A DNA stretch of 64,000 nucleotides, from the NCBI GenBank assembly GCA_903925515.1, contig CAIYFP010000462.1, positions 1,358 through 65,357 of the forward strand, given 5' to 3'. A model generated the notes under the pieces. It did no database searches and had not been told where the DNA came from. It was given only the letters and a program-made list of their open reading frames with translations. Source of the stretch: an uncultured Verrucomicrobiota bacterium. GTDB lineage: Bacteria > Verrucomicrobiota > Verrucomicrobiia > Limisphaerales > UBA9464. This document shows, one piece after another, positions 39,005 through 48,213 of this stretch (position 1 is the stretch's first letter; each line of letters begins with the position of its first letter). The position numbers and the translations under genes were made by a program.

Positions 39005-40510
39005 TCAACGGCCGGCCCCGCCAACATTCACCACCCGCAGCCTCCAGTCGGCAAACGTGCGACCCATGCGCAGCATGCCAAAGGCGTCGAAGTCGAACCC
39101 GTTGGCGACGCCGTAGGCGGTGTCAGGCGAGATGTTGAACGTCCACACCGAGGCTTCCGGCACGGGACGCTCGGGGGCCGTCTCGATCCATGACGTGACC
39201 TCGGGCAGGGACGCGGCGAGCCGGGCCGCGGAATCGCCATCCTGCCAATGCCGGAACACGCCCTTGCTCGCGACCAACCGCCGCATCATCGGGTTGGGCG
39301 CCGAGGATTGCTGGTGGCCGCGGAACACCGCATGGACGGCGTTGGACGCGGTCCGCGCGCTTGCGAGAAGAAACCGGGTTGCCTCTTGCCCATAGACGAA
39401 GGCGCGCCCCGGATCGATGCCGAAGCCAGGCTCGTCGCCCGCGACCGTGAAGTCGTTCCACATGAAGCCGAGCGTCGCGGGGTGGATGGGGTCCACCGGG
39501 TCGAAGTCGCGCGCGGCCCTGCCAAGGAGGGCGCGGGAGGCGGGATCGGATGCCAACCATTCCGGCCGTGATCTCAGGAAGGATTCCTGCCGGAGCGTGC
39601 CAAGGAACTGGAACGCCATGGAAGGCGGCGCGTCCAGCAACCCGCGGGGGTCAAAGCCCGGCTCCATGCCGCCGTGATGGCACTGGACAAAGTGACCGCC
39701 GACCCCCAGCCACACCGCCACGGGCAGGTAGTCGAACATCCGCAGGACTCGCGGGATGTCGAAGTCCTCCCCGTACTTGATCCGGCCCTCGGCGAGGAGC
39801 CCGTAACGCGCGGCGATGGCGGCCTCCTCATGGTTGCCGCGGCAGAGGAACACGCGGTCGGGGTTGGCCAGCCCTAGCCGCATCAACGTGCAAAGCACCT
39901 CGATGCCGTTGCGCCCGCGGTCGGCGTAGTCCCCGAGGAACACCATGTGGAAGCCGGGCTTTGAAATCTCAAAGCCGCGCAGGTAGCCCTGCGCGTTCAA
40001 CCATTCCAACGCCTCCACCAGCGAATGAACGTCCCCATGGTAGTCCGCGTGCACGAACACCTCCGCGTCGGCCGGCAACCGTGCGCGCTGGGCAAACGGC
40101 CGGAAGGACGCGTCGGCCCCCGCGCCCGCCCTGCGCGGCGCACCGGAGAGGAACGGCCTCACGAAGGTCATCGCCGGCGCACCCGGCTCCATGTAGTACA
40201 TGGCCGCCGGGTCAAGGAAGCCGTCCGTGGCACCCGATTTGCCCACCCATCGGCCGGCGTCCGACATCGCCCCGGTCCTGCACGACGCAACAAACGCGTC
40301 GAGGACGAGCCCGAAGTCGGAGAACCGCGCGAGGGGGAGGGTGGCCTGGGCCGAGGGATTGCCGCCCGATTGGCGGTTCGTTGGAAGCTTGCGGCACCGT
40401 GCAACCCATTCCGCATACGGGGCCATGCCCGGGGCCGCGGGGCCTTGGGCAAGGATCCTCGCCGCGAGGAGCAGCGCCCACGTCATGAGCAACGGACGGC
40501 CGTGGAACAT
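39005..40510 (-). CDS. secreted PPP-family (eukaryotic-type) Ser/Thr phosphoprotein phosphatase / metallophosphoesterase
   Basis: Signal MFHGRPLLMTWALLLAARILAQG. Three PPP signature motifs in order: HADYHGD (GDxHG-like), LGDYADRG (GDxVDRG), RGNHE (GNHE). Flanked by a ~150-aa N-terminal and a ~150-aa C-terminal extension. Confidence 0.75.
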   Translation of the reverse strand: MFHGRPLLMTWALLLAARILAQGPAAPGMAPYAEWVARCRKLPTNRQSGGNPSAQATLPLARFSDFGLVLDAFVASCRTGAMSDAGRWVGKSGATDGFLDPAAMYYMEPGAPAMTFVRPFLSGAPRRAGAGADASFRPFAQRARLPADAEVFVHADYHGDVHSLVEALEWLNAQGYLRGFEISKPGFHMVFLGDYADRGRNGIEVLCTLMRLGLANPDRVFLCRGNHEEAAIAARYGLLAEGRIKYGEDFDIPRVLRMFDYLPVAVWLGVGGHFVQCHHGGMEPGFDPRGLLDAPPSMAFQFLGTLRQESFLRSRPEWLASDPASRALLGRAARDFDPVDPIHPATLGFMWNDFTVAGDEPGFGIDPGRAFVYGQEATRFLLASARTASNAVHAVFRGHQQSSAPNPMMRRLVASKGVFRHWQDGDSAARLAASLPEVTSWIETAPERPVPEASVWTFNISPDTAYGVANGFDFDAFGMLRMGRTFADWRLRVVNVGGAGR

Positions 40511-40520
40511 GGCGCGAACT

Positions 40521-41852
40521 TCAGAGTTCCTTGGTCTCCCAGCCCTTGCGATACGCGCGACGCACGAACGCGTTGGCTTCCTTCACGTTGGTGAAGCGGA
40601 GCCTTGCTGCGTTCCACTCCAGCCTCGTGTCCCGGAACCGGGTGGCCACCGACCCAAGGAGGATGCACTCGGTGAGCGGGCCGGAGTAGTCGAAGTGGGT
40701 GGACGTCTTGCCCTCGCCGCGCACCGCGTTGACGAACTCGTGCCAGTGGTTCGCCGAGCCCACGTCCGGCATCTTGAACCCCCCGTACTTCTCCGCCGGG
40801 AGCAACACCGGCCGCGCCACGTGCGGGATCACCATGATGCCGTCGGTTCCGATCAGGATGGAGCCTTGGTCCGGCAACGGCGTCTTGCCCAGCAGCGCGA
40901 GAACCTCCGCAGGCGGGCGCCTCGTGCCATCGTACCAGGTCACCGGGACCTTGCCCGGCACCGTCTGCCGCGTCGCCGGGAACACGTACTCGATCACGGC
41001 GTCCGTGGCCCACGAATGAGAGTTCGGGGCCGCGCCGCGCGACGTCACGGAGAGCGGGGCGGTCAGCTCCAACGCCCCGAAGACCGGGTCGAAGATGTGG
41101 CAGCCCATGTCGCCGAACGTGCCCGTGCCGAAGTCGAGGCGCCGGCGCCAGTTGCCCGGGTGATACCAGCCCTGCCCGATGAAGGGACGCTCCGCGCAAA
41201 CCCCAAGCCATTGGTTCCAGTCAAGGCCGGCCGGCACGGGGTCGGTCCGGGACGGCATCGTCCCGTTGTCGCCCCATTGCTTGGAAGACCATGTGTGGAC
41301 CTCGCGCACCTTGCCAATGACGCCGTCTTGCACGAGGCGGATGGCGAGGCGGTACTCGTTGGCAGAGTGGATCTGGATGCCCATCTGGGTCACCAGCTTC
41401 CGCCGCCGGGCCACCCTCGCGAGCTGGCGCGACTCATGAATGTCATGGGTGAGCGGCTTCTGCCCGTACACATGGATGCCCCGCTGCAACGCCGCCATGC
41501 CCTGCGGCGCGTGCATGTGGTCCGGGGTCGAGACGTTCACCGAGTCGAGCTTCTCCTTGTCCAGCAACTCGCGGTAGTCGGCATAGACGCGCGCCTCCGG
41601 GAACTTCTTCCGGAACTCTGCCGTTCGCGACGAGTCCACGTCCGCAACCGCCACCATGCGGACCGACTTGTGGCTGGCAATCTCGTTGAGGTCGGCCCAC
41701 GCCATCCCGCCGGCACCAAAGCTGGCGTGCAGCACTTGGCCGGAGGGCGGGCGCGCGATCAGGTCGCGGGTGATGAAGGGCGCGGCCATCGCTCCGGCAA
41801 GGGTTGCCTGGAGAAAGCCGCGCCGCGTCGAGACGAATGAGGGGGAATCCAT
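40521..41852 (-). CDS. Gfo/Idh/MocA family oxidoreductase with Tat signal
   Basis: MDSPSFVSTRRGFLQATLAGAMAAPF (twin-Arg). Rossmann region VAVADVD...YADYRELLD...DSVNVSTPDHMHA. Confidence 0.85.
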   Translation of the reverse strand: MDSPSFVSTRRGFLQATLAGAMAAPFITRDLIARPPSGQVLHASFGAGGMAWADLNEIASHKSVRMVAVADVDSSRTAEFRKKFPEARVYADYRELLDKEKLDSVNVSTPDHMHAPQGMAALQRGIHVYGQKPLTHDIHESRQLARVARRRKLVTQMGIQIHSANEYRLAIRLVQDGVIGKVREVHTWSSKQWGDNGTMPSRTDPVPAGLDWNQWLGVCAERPFIGQGWYHPGNWRRRLDFGTGTFGDMGCHIFDPVFGALELTAPLSVTSRGAAPNSHSWATDAVIEYVFPATRQTVPGKVPVTWYDGTRRPPAEVLALLGKTPLPDQGSILIGTDGIMVIPHVARPVLLPAEKYGGFKMPDVGSANHWHEFVNAVRGEGKTSTHFDYSGPLTECILLGSVATRFRDTRLEWNAARLRFTNVKEANAFVRRAYRKGWETKEL

Positions 41853-42016
41853 GTACCGCAGGTTGGAGCGCGGGACGCACGCGGTTCAAGCATCGAGGTG
41901 CGGGTAGGTCCAACCCCGGCGTCACGGCGACCCCGCTGGCACAAGCCGCCCGCAAGTCACGGACATGTAACCCACGCGCCACCGAATGGATGGCCGACGG
42001 ATGAACGATCGCCACC

Positions 42017-42700
42017 ATGTCCAAAGTCTTGGTGGTGTCCGATGACGAGGCGACGCTTGACCTGATCGGCAAGGCCTTGAGGGCCGCTGGCATGGACGTG
42101 GCACGGGCCGGCACGGGCAAGGCGGGGCTGGATGCCGCCCGGTCGCTCGGGCCGGACATCGTGGTCCTTGACCTCGCCCTGCCCGACATGGACGGCCTTG
42201 AGCTCTGCAAGCGCATGAACCGGGACGCCCGGACGGAACGTATCCCGGTGGTCGTGGTTTCGGATCAATCCGCCGAGATGGAGCGCGTTCTTGCCTTCGA
42301 GCTGGGGGCCGACGACTTCATCCCCAAGCCCTTCAGCCCCCGCGAGCTCGCGCTGAGGGTCAGAAGAAGCATCGCCCGCGCCCCCGTGCCGACCGTCGCC
42401 GGCGATATCCTCACGTTCGGCGACCTTGCCATCGACGTGCCGGGACACCGGGTCTTGGTGAAGGGCAGGGGCGTGGACGTCACCGCGACGGAGTTCCGCC
42501 TCCTGACGGTCCTTGCCAAGCGCCGGGGCAGGGTCCAGACGAGGGAACACCTGCTCCAGGACATATGGACCCCGGACGATCGCGAGGCCATCGACGCCCG
42601 CACCGTGGACACCCACATCCGCAGGCTCAGGGAGAAGCTTGGCGATGCGTCCGCCCATGTGGAGACGGTCCGGGGCGTTGGCTACCGCTTCGCGTCGTAG
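42017..42700 (+). CDS. OmpR/PhoB-family response regulator (no adjacent kinase)
   Basis: Receiver domain (VLVVSDDE...DIVVLDLALPDMDG...) plus a winged-helix C-terminus (VDVTATEFRLLTVLAKRRGRV...VDTHIRRLREKL...VRGVGYRF). Confidence 0.9.
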   Translation: MSKVLVVSDDEATLDLIGKALRAAGMDVARAGTGKAGLDAARSLGPDIVVLDLALPDMDGLELCKRMNRDARTERIPVVVVSDQSAEMERVLAFELGADDFIPKPFSPRELALRVRRSIARAPVPTVAGDILTFGDLAIDVPGHRVLVKGRGVDVTATEFRLLTVLAKRRGRVQTREHLLQDIWTPDDREAIDARTVDTHIRRLREKLGDASAHVETVRGVGYRFAS

Positions 42701-42867
42701 CTCGGTCCCGCCCGTGAACACCGCGCGCGTGTCCGGCGTGCCCTCCGACACACCGGCGCCCGCCATCCCGGTGAAGCGTACGCTCCAACGCTGCGGCGAA
42801 CGCGCACGACGGTCATGTCGGATGCCGGGACTGGGCGACGAAGAACATTTCTTTCCGGAAAAAGGTA

Positions 42868-42895
42868 TTGCAGGGGGGGGAAGCATCTGTATTCT
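42868..42895 (+). promoter_or_regulatory. candidate sigma-70-type promoter for rpsL operon
   Basis: TTGCAG (42868-73), 16-nt spacer, TATTCT (42890-95). It lies 45 nt upstream of the rpsL ATG. Confidence 0.35.
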
Positions 42896-42939
42896 CTCGC
42901 CTCCATTTCGCCGCCACGGCGGCATATCCCTAGGCTGAG

Positions 42940-43341
42940 ATGCCCACGATAAATCAGTTGGTCCGCAAGGGCCGTAGCAAGTTGGTGTACAAGAGCAAGG
43001 CGCCCGCCCTGCAAAGCAATCCGTTCAGGCGGGGCGTCTGCTTGCAGGTCATGACGCGCACGCCGAAGAAGCCGAACTCCGCGTTGCGCAAGGTGGCCAA
43101 GGTGCGCCTCACCAACGGGAACGAGGTCATCGCCTACATCCCGGACGAGGGCCACAACCTGCAGGAGCACTCGATCGTTCTGGTGCGAGGCGGCCGCGTG
43201 AAGGACTTGCCGGGCGTTCGCTACCACATCGTGCGCGGCACGTTGGACGCGGCGGGAGTGGAAAAGCGCCGGGTCAGCCGGTCCAAGTATGGCGTCAAGC
43301 GGCCCAAGGCGGCGGCCGGCGGCGCCGCGGCGAAGAAGTAA
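42940..43341 (+). CDS. rpsL: 30S ribosomal protein S12
   Basis: [12 protein letters not shown]...[12 protein letters not shown]...[13 protein letters not shown]. Confidence 0.98.
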   Translation: MPTINQLVRKGRSKLVYKSKAPALQSNPFRRGVCLQVMTRTPKKPNSALRKVAKVRLTNGNEVIAYIPDEGHNLQEHSIVLVRGGRVKDLPGVRYHIVRGTLDAAGVEKRRVSRSKYGVKRPKAAAGGAAAKK

Positions 43342-43419
43342 TCCCTCCAGGTTCATTCGTTGATTTGTTGACTCGATCTAGTCTGACACTGAAAGCATCC
43401 TCCATTCCCCGTTCTTTGT

Positions 43420-43893
43420 ATGTCCCGTCGTCGTCGTGCCGAAAGGCGTTCGGTTGTTCCGGACGCGAAGTACAACAGCCCCTTGGTGGCTCGCCTCGTG
43501 AACACCGTCATGTACGGTGGCAAGAAGAGCCTTGCCCAGCGCATCGTGTACGGCGCGCTGGATGTCATCGCCGAGAAGAACCCCGGCGCCAGCCCGCTCG
43601 AGGTGCTCCAGCGTGCAATCGACAACACCAAGCCTCGAATTGAGACCAAGGCACGCCGCGTGGGTGGTGCGACATACCAAGTTCCCGTCGAGCTTCCGGC
43701 CGATCGCCAGACCTCCTTGGCCATGCGCTGGATTGTCGGGTTTGCGGACGACCGCAAGGGTGTTCCGATGAAGCAAGCCTTGGCTGGCGAGGTGATGGAG
43801 GCGTACCTCGGGCAGGGCAATGCCATCCGCAAGCGAGATGACGTCCACAAGATGGCCCAAGCCAACCGCGCGTTCGCACACTTCCGCTGGTAG
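43420..43893 (+). CDS. rpsG: 30S ribosomal protein S7
   Basis: MSRRRRAERRSVVPDAKYNS...VGGATYQVPVE...ANRAFAHFRW. Confidence 0.98.
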   Translation: MSRRRRAERRSVVPDAKYNSPLVARLVNTVMYGGKKSLAQRIVYGALDVIAEKNPGASPLEVLQRAIDNTKPRIETKARRVGGATYQVPVELPADRQTSLAMRWIVGFADDRKGVPMKQALAGEVMEAYLGQGNAIRKRDDVHKMAQANRAFAHFRW

Positions 43894-43910
43894 CAAGCCC
43901 GGCCATGATA

Positions 43911-43936
43911 CGCCCCGATGACCTCGGGGCGTTTTT
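43911..43936 (+). terminator. intrinsic-terminator-like hairpin between rpsG and fusA (possible attenuator)
   Basis: CGCCCCGA (43911-18), loop TGACC, TCGGGGCG (43924-31), then TTTTT (43932-36). Confidence 0.55.
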
Positions 43937-43963
43937 GTCCCCCAGAAACATCTTCATTCCACC

Positions 43964-46150
43964 ATGAGCGACGCCAACGCGATCAACACGAGTGTCAACT
44001 CGCCGAACCGCCAGTATCCGCTCGAGCGGACCCGCAACATCGGCATTGCGGCCCACATCGACGCCGGAAAGACCACGACGACGGAGCGAATCCTTTTCTA
44101 CACCGGCCTGATTCACAAGATCGGCGACGTGGATGATGGCAACACCGTGACGGATTGGATGGAGCAGGAGAAGGAGCGCGGGATCACCATTACGTCCGCC
44201 GCCGTGACTTGCTTCTGGACCCAGAAGAAGGAGGAGGGGTTGTTCAAGGCTCGGGAGGGCGTTGGGCATCGCATCAACATCATCGACACCCCGGGCCACG
44301 TGGACTTCACGGCGGAGGTGGAGCGCTCCATGCGCGTGCTGGACGGTGCCGTGGCCGTGTTTTGTGGTGTCGCCGGCGTGCAACCGCAGTCCGAGACCGT
44401 GTGGCGGCAAGCCACGAAGTACAAGGTCCCTAGGATTGCATTTGTGAACAAGATGGACCGGACAGGGGCCAATTTTGCAAACGCCCTCAATGACATGCGG
44501 AGGAAGCTGGGCGCCTACGCGTATCCCATCGCCCTCCCGATCGGCGCCGAGGACAAGTTCGAGGGCGTCATCGACCTTGTGAACCAGAAGGCCATCGTCT
44601 GGGGGCCTGGTGACGTGACCAACGAGGGGTTGCGCTATGACATCAAGGACGTCCCCGATGCGTTGAAGGAACAGGCGGCTGCCGGGCTGCAAGAGCTGAT
44701 CGAGGCGGTGTCGAACAAGGACGACCGGATTGCTGAATTGGTCCTCGAGGAGAAGCCCATCACCCCCCAAGAGCTGAAGGCGGCCATTCGTCGCTTGACC
44801 TGCAAGATTGAGCTGGTGCCCGTGCTTTGCGGGTCCGCGTTCAAGAAGAAGGGCGTGCAGTACCTCGTGGACGCGGTCATCGACTACCTGCCGTCGCCCC
44901 TCGACATCCCGCCGGCCGAGGGCCAAGTCCCCGGCACCCAAGACAAGGTGACCGTGCACACGACGGACACCGCGAAGTTCTGCTCGTTGGCATTCAAGCT
45001 TTGGACGGACCCCTACGCCGGCAAGCTGGTGTTCTTCCGCGTGTATTCGGGAGCCCTCAAGAAGGGCGACACGATCTACAATCCCCGCACCCGGAAACGC
45101 GAGCGCGTCAGTCGCTTGATGGTCATCCAAGGCAGCGAACGCAAGGACGTGGACTCCGTCTATTCCGGCGACATCGCGGCGTTGGTGGGCCTTCGCAACA
45201 TCACTACGGGCGACACCCTATGCGACGAGTCGTTCGACGTGACGTTGGAGCCGCCGACTTTCCCGGAGCCCGTCATCAGCATGGCGATCGAGCCCAAGAC
45301 GAAGGCCGACCGTGACAAGATGTCGGAGGGCTTGCAGCGGCTGGCGGAGGAGGACCCGACCTTCCGCGTCTTCACGAACGAGGAGACGGGCCAACTCATC
45401 ATCGCCGGCATGGGCGAGCTTCACCTTGAGATCATCCGGGATCGGTTGAAGCGGGAGTTCAAGGTGGAGGCGGACGCCGGGGCGCCGCAGATCGCGTACC
45501 GGGAGACGATCACGAAGGCGGCGGACGGCGAGGGCAAGTTCATCCGTCAATCTGGCGGGCGTGGCCAGTACGGCCACGCGTGCGTCAAGGTTGAGCCCAA
45601 CGAGAAGGGGAAGGGCGTCGAGGTCCTGAACGAGATCGTCGGTGGCGCGATCCCCCGCGAGTACGTTCCGGCCGTGGAAGATGGCATCTTGGAGGCCATC
45701 AAGTCCGGCGTGTACGCAGGGTATCAGGTGATCGACATCAAGGTGAGCATCGTGGACGGGTCCTTTCATGAGGTGGACTCGAACGAGCTCGCGTTCAAGA
45801 TGGCGGGCATCTTCGCGCTGAAGGACGCGTTCAACGACGCAGCCCCGATCTTGCTCGAGCCGATCATGAAGGTCGAGGTGACGACGCCCGACGAGTATCA
45901 AGGAGACTTGCTGGGCGACATCAACCGCAGGCGTGGCATCATTCAAGGGGTTGACGCCAAGGCCGGGCAGACGGTCGTGACGGCGCAGGTGCCATTGGCC
46001 GAAATGTTCGGATACGCGACGGCGATCCGGTCATTGTCCAAGGGTCGGGCGTCGTATAGCATGGAACCGCTCAACTTTGAGCAGGTTCCCAACAGCGTCC
46101 TGACCACCGTGCTGGACGCGGCCAGGAAGAAGCCGGCGGCGCGCAGCTAA
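43964..46150 (+). CDS. fusA: elongation factor G
   Basis: [33 protein letters not shown]. 728 aa. Confidence 0.98.
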   Translation: MSDANAINTSVNSPNRQYPLERTRNIGIAAHIDAGKTTTTERILFYTGLIHKIGDVDDGNTVTDWMEQEKERGITITSAAVTCFWTQKKEEGLFKAREGVGHRINIIDTPGHVDFTAEVERSMRVLDGAVAVFCGVAGVQPQSETVWRQATKYKVPRIAFVNKMDRTGANFANALNDMRRKLGAYAYPIALPIGAEDKFEGVIDLVNQKAIVWGPGDVTNEGLRYDIKDVPDALKEQAAAGLQELIEAVSNKDDRIAELVLEEKPITPQELKAAIRRLTCKIELVPVLCGSAFKKKGVQYLVDAVIDYLPSPLDIPPAEGQVPGTQDKVTVHTTDTAKFCSLAFKLWTDPYAGKLVFFRVYSGALKKGDTIYNPRTRKRERVSRLMVIQGSERKDVDSVYSGDIAALVGLRNITTGDTLCDESFDVTLEPPTFPEPVISMAIEPKTKADRDKMSEGLQRLAEEDPTFRVFTNEETGQLIIAGMGELHLEIIRDRLKREFKVEADAGAPQIAYRETITKAADGEGKFIRQSGGRGQYGHACVKVEPNEKGKGVEVLNEIVGGAIPREYVPAVEDGILEAIKSGVYAGYQVIDIKVSIVDGSFHEVDSNELAFKMAGIFALKDAFNDAAPILLEPIMKVEVTTPDEYQGDLLGDINRRRGIIQGVDAKAGQTVVTAQVPLAEMFGYATAIRSLSKGRASYSMEPLNFEQVPNSVLTTVLDAARKKPAARS

Positions 46151-46186
46151 TTTCAACAAAACACACCTTTAGACACTGTTCTTTGT

Positions 46187-46492
46187 ATGGCACAACGCAT
46201 TCGTATCCGTCTGAAGGCCTACGACCACCGCGTGATTGATGCCTCGGCGAGCGAAATCGTCGAGACCGTCAAGCGATCGGGTGCTCGCGTGGCCGGCCCC
46301 ATCCCCCTTCCTACCGCCGTCGAGCGCGTGACTGTCGGACGGTCGCCGCACGCGGACAAGAAGTCGCAGGAGACCTTCGAGCAGCGCACGCACAAGCGGT
46401 TGATCGACATCCTCGATCCGACCGCAAAAACGGTGGACGAGCTCAAGAAGCTCAACCTCCCGGCGGGCGTGGACATCACCATCAAGATTTAA
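46187..46492 (+). CDS. rpsJ: 30S ribosomal protein S10
   Basis: [18 protein letters not shown]...[23 protein letters not shown]. Confidence 0.98.
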   Translation: MAQRIRIRLKAYDHRVIDASASEIVETVKRSGARVAGPIPLPTAVERVTVGRSPHADKKSQETFEQRTHKRLIDILDPTAKTVDELKKLNLPAGVDITIKI

Positions 46493-46501
46493 GGAGCAGC
46501 C

Positions 46502-47236
46502 ATGCCATTGGGACTTTTGGGAAAGAAAATCGGTCACACTCGGGTCTATGACTCCAACGGGGTGATGACCCCGGTTACCGTGGTTCAGGTGGGCCCCAAC
46601 CGGGTTCTCCAGGTGAAGACGGTCGCCACGGATGGGTACAATGCCGTCCAGCTTGGCTTTGACGACCAACTGGAGCAGCGGGTAAGCAAGGCAGTTGTCG
46701 GCCATGTCCGAAAGCACAAGGGCGTGCCGGTCCGGCGCATCCGCGAGTTCCGCGAGTTCAGCAAGGGCGTAAATCCCGGCGATGTCGTGGGGGCTGACCT
46801 CTTCGAGGCCGGTCAGTTCGTGGATTGCATCGGCGTGACGAAGGGCCGTGGGTTCGAGGGCGTCGTAGGGCGTTGGGCCTTCCGCGGTGGCGACATGACG
46901 CACGGTGCCAAGGGGTGGCATCGACGTTCGGGGGCCATCGGCCAGCGCTTGTTCCCAGGCACGGTACGGCGCGGTCTCAAGATGCCCGGCCACATGGGCG
47001 CGGTGCAGCGGACCTCCCAAAACCTTGAGATTGTGCAGGTTCGGGCCGAGGACAACGTCCTCTTGATCCGGGGCAACTTTCCGGGCAGCGAGGGTGCCTA
47101 CTGCGTCGTGCGGGAGTCCAAGAAGATCCCGCCGGGCGGACGACGTCACAAGATGATCCATGAGGCGCGCCAGAAGGCCAAGGATGCCGCCTCGGGCAAG
47201 AAGGACGACAAGAAGGCCGGAGCCAAGAAGAAGTAA
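46502..47236 (+). CDS. rplC: 50S ribosomal protein L3
   Basis: MPLGLLGKKIGHTRVYD...GVTKGRGFEGVV with a Lys-rich C-terminal tail. AAGGAG lies 6 nt upstream. Confidence 0.97.
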   Translation: MPLGLLGKKIGHTRVYDSNGVMTPVTVVQVGPNRVLQVKTVATDGYNAVQLGFDDQLEQRVSKAVVGHVRKHKGVPVRRIREFREFSKGVNPGDVVGADLFEAGQFVDCIGVTKGRGFEGVVGRWAFRGGDMTHGAKGWHRRSGAIGQRLFPGTVRRGLKMPGHMGAVQRTSQNLEIVQVRAEDNVLLIRGNFPGSEGAYCVVRESKKIPPGGRRHKMIHEARQKAKDAASGKKDDKKAGAKKK

Positions 47237-47245
47237 GGGCGAGAC

Positions 47246-47872
47246 ATGAAGCTTTTGATCAAGGACCTAAATGGGAATGCGTCGGGCGAGATCGACGTCG
47301 CGTTCGAGGTGATTGCAAACGGGCGTGGCACTCAGGCTGTTCACGATACCGTCGTTGCGTACATGGCCGGGCGGCGGTCGGGGACGGCATCTGCCAAGAC
47401 GATGGGCGAGGTGGCTGGCACGGGAAAGAAGCCATGGCGTCAGAAGGGCACGGGGCGTGCGCGTGCGGGGTCGTTTCAGTCTCCGTTGTGGCGTGGCGGT
47501 GGCGTGGTGCATGGGCCGAAGCCGCGCGACTTTTCCAAGAAGGTCAACAAGAAGGTTGCCCGCCTCGCCTTGCGCAAGGCCTTGAGCGAGCGCCTCAACG
47601 CGGGTGATGTCCAGGTGGTGGCGGACCTGAAGCTTGCCCAACCCAAGACGAAGGAATTCCTCGCGGTGCAGCGGACGCTTGGCGTGGACGGCCACACGGT
47701 CTTGTTTGTCCTCGACGGCGCCGACGAGTCGTTTGAGAGGGCGTCCCGCAACGTGGTCGGGGTGGGCATCGCGCATGCCGCCTCGGTCAACACCTACGAG
47801 TTGCTTCGATACGACAAACTGGTGTTCACCCGCGAGGCATTCGTTCGCGTGTCTAGCCGGTTCTCGGAGTAA
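47246..47872 (+). CDS. rplD: 50S ribosomal protein L4
   Basis: ...GTGKKPWRQKGTGRARAGSFQSPLWRGGGVVHGPKPRDF... Confidence 0.97.
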   Translation: MKLLIKDLNGNASGEIDVAFEVIANGRGTQAVHDTVVAYMAGRRSGTASAKTMGEVAGTGKKPWRQKGTGRARAGSFQSPLWRGGGVVHGPKPRDFSKKVNKKVARLALRKALSERLNAGDVQVVADLKLAQPKTKEFLAVQRTLGVDGHTVLFVLDGADESFERASRNVVGVGIAHAASVNTYELLRYDKLVFTREAFVRVSSRFSE

Positions 47873-47894
47873 CCACCATCCAGAAGCATGCGCC

Positions 47895-48176
47895 ATGACC
47901 TCCTTTGACATCATCAAGACCATCCGGATCACCGAGAAGGGCACCCTGCTAGCCGAGAAGCATAACCAGTACACGGTTGTTGCGGACAGAAGGGCGACGG
48001 CCCCGCAGATCAAGCGGGCCGTCCAAGACCTCTTCAAGGTCAAGGTCCAGCGGGTGAACACCCAAAATGTCCGCGGGAAGGCTCGTCGTCAGAACACGGC
48101 TGCCGCCGGACGGACCAGTGACTGGAAGAAGGCAATCATCACGCTGAAGGAAGGCGAGAAGATCGACCTTCACTAG
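47895..48176 (+). CDS. rplW: 50S ribosomal protein L23
   Basis: ATG at 47895: MTSFDIIKTIRITEKGT...QIKRAVQDLFKVKV..VNT....WKKAIITLKEG. The 5' part of track ORF 47634..48176 overlaps rplD. Confidence 0.95.
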   Translation: MTSFDIIKTIRITEKGTLLAEKHNQYTVVADRRATAPQIKRAVQDLFKVKVQRVNTQNVRGKARRQNTAAAGRTSDWKKAIITLKEGEKIDLH

Positions 48177-48213
48177 GGCATCGACCGACGATCATCCTTT
48201 CGAGGACGCCTTC

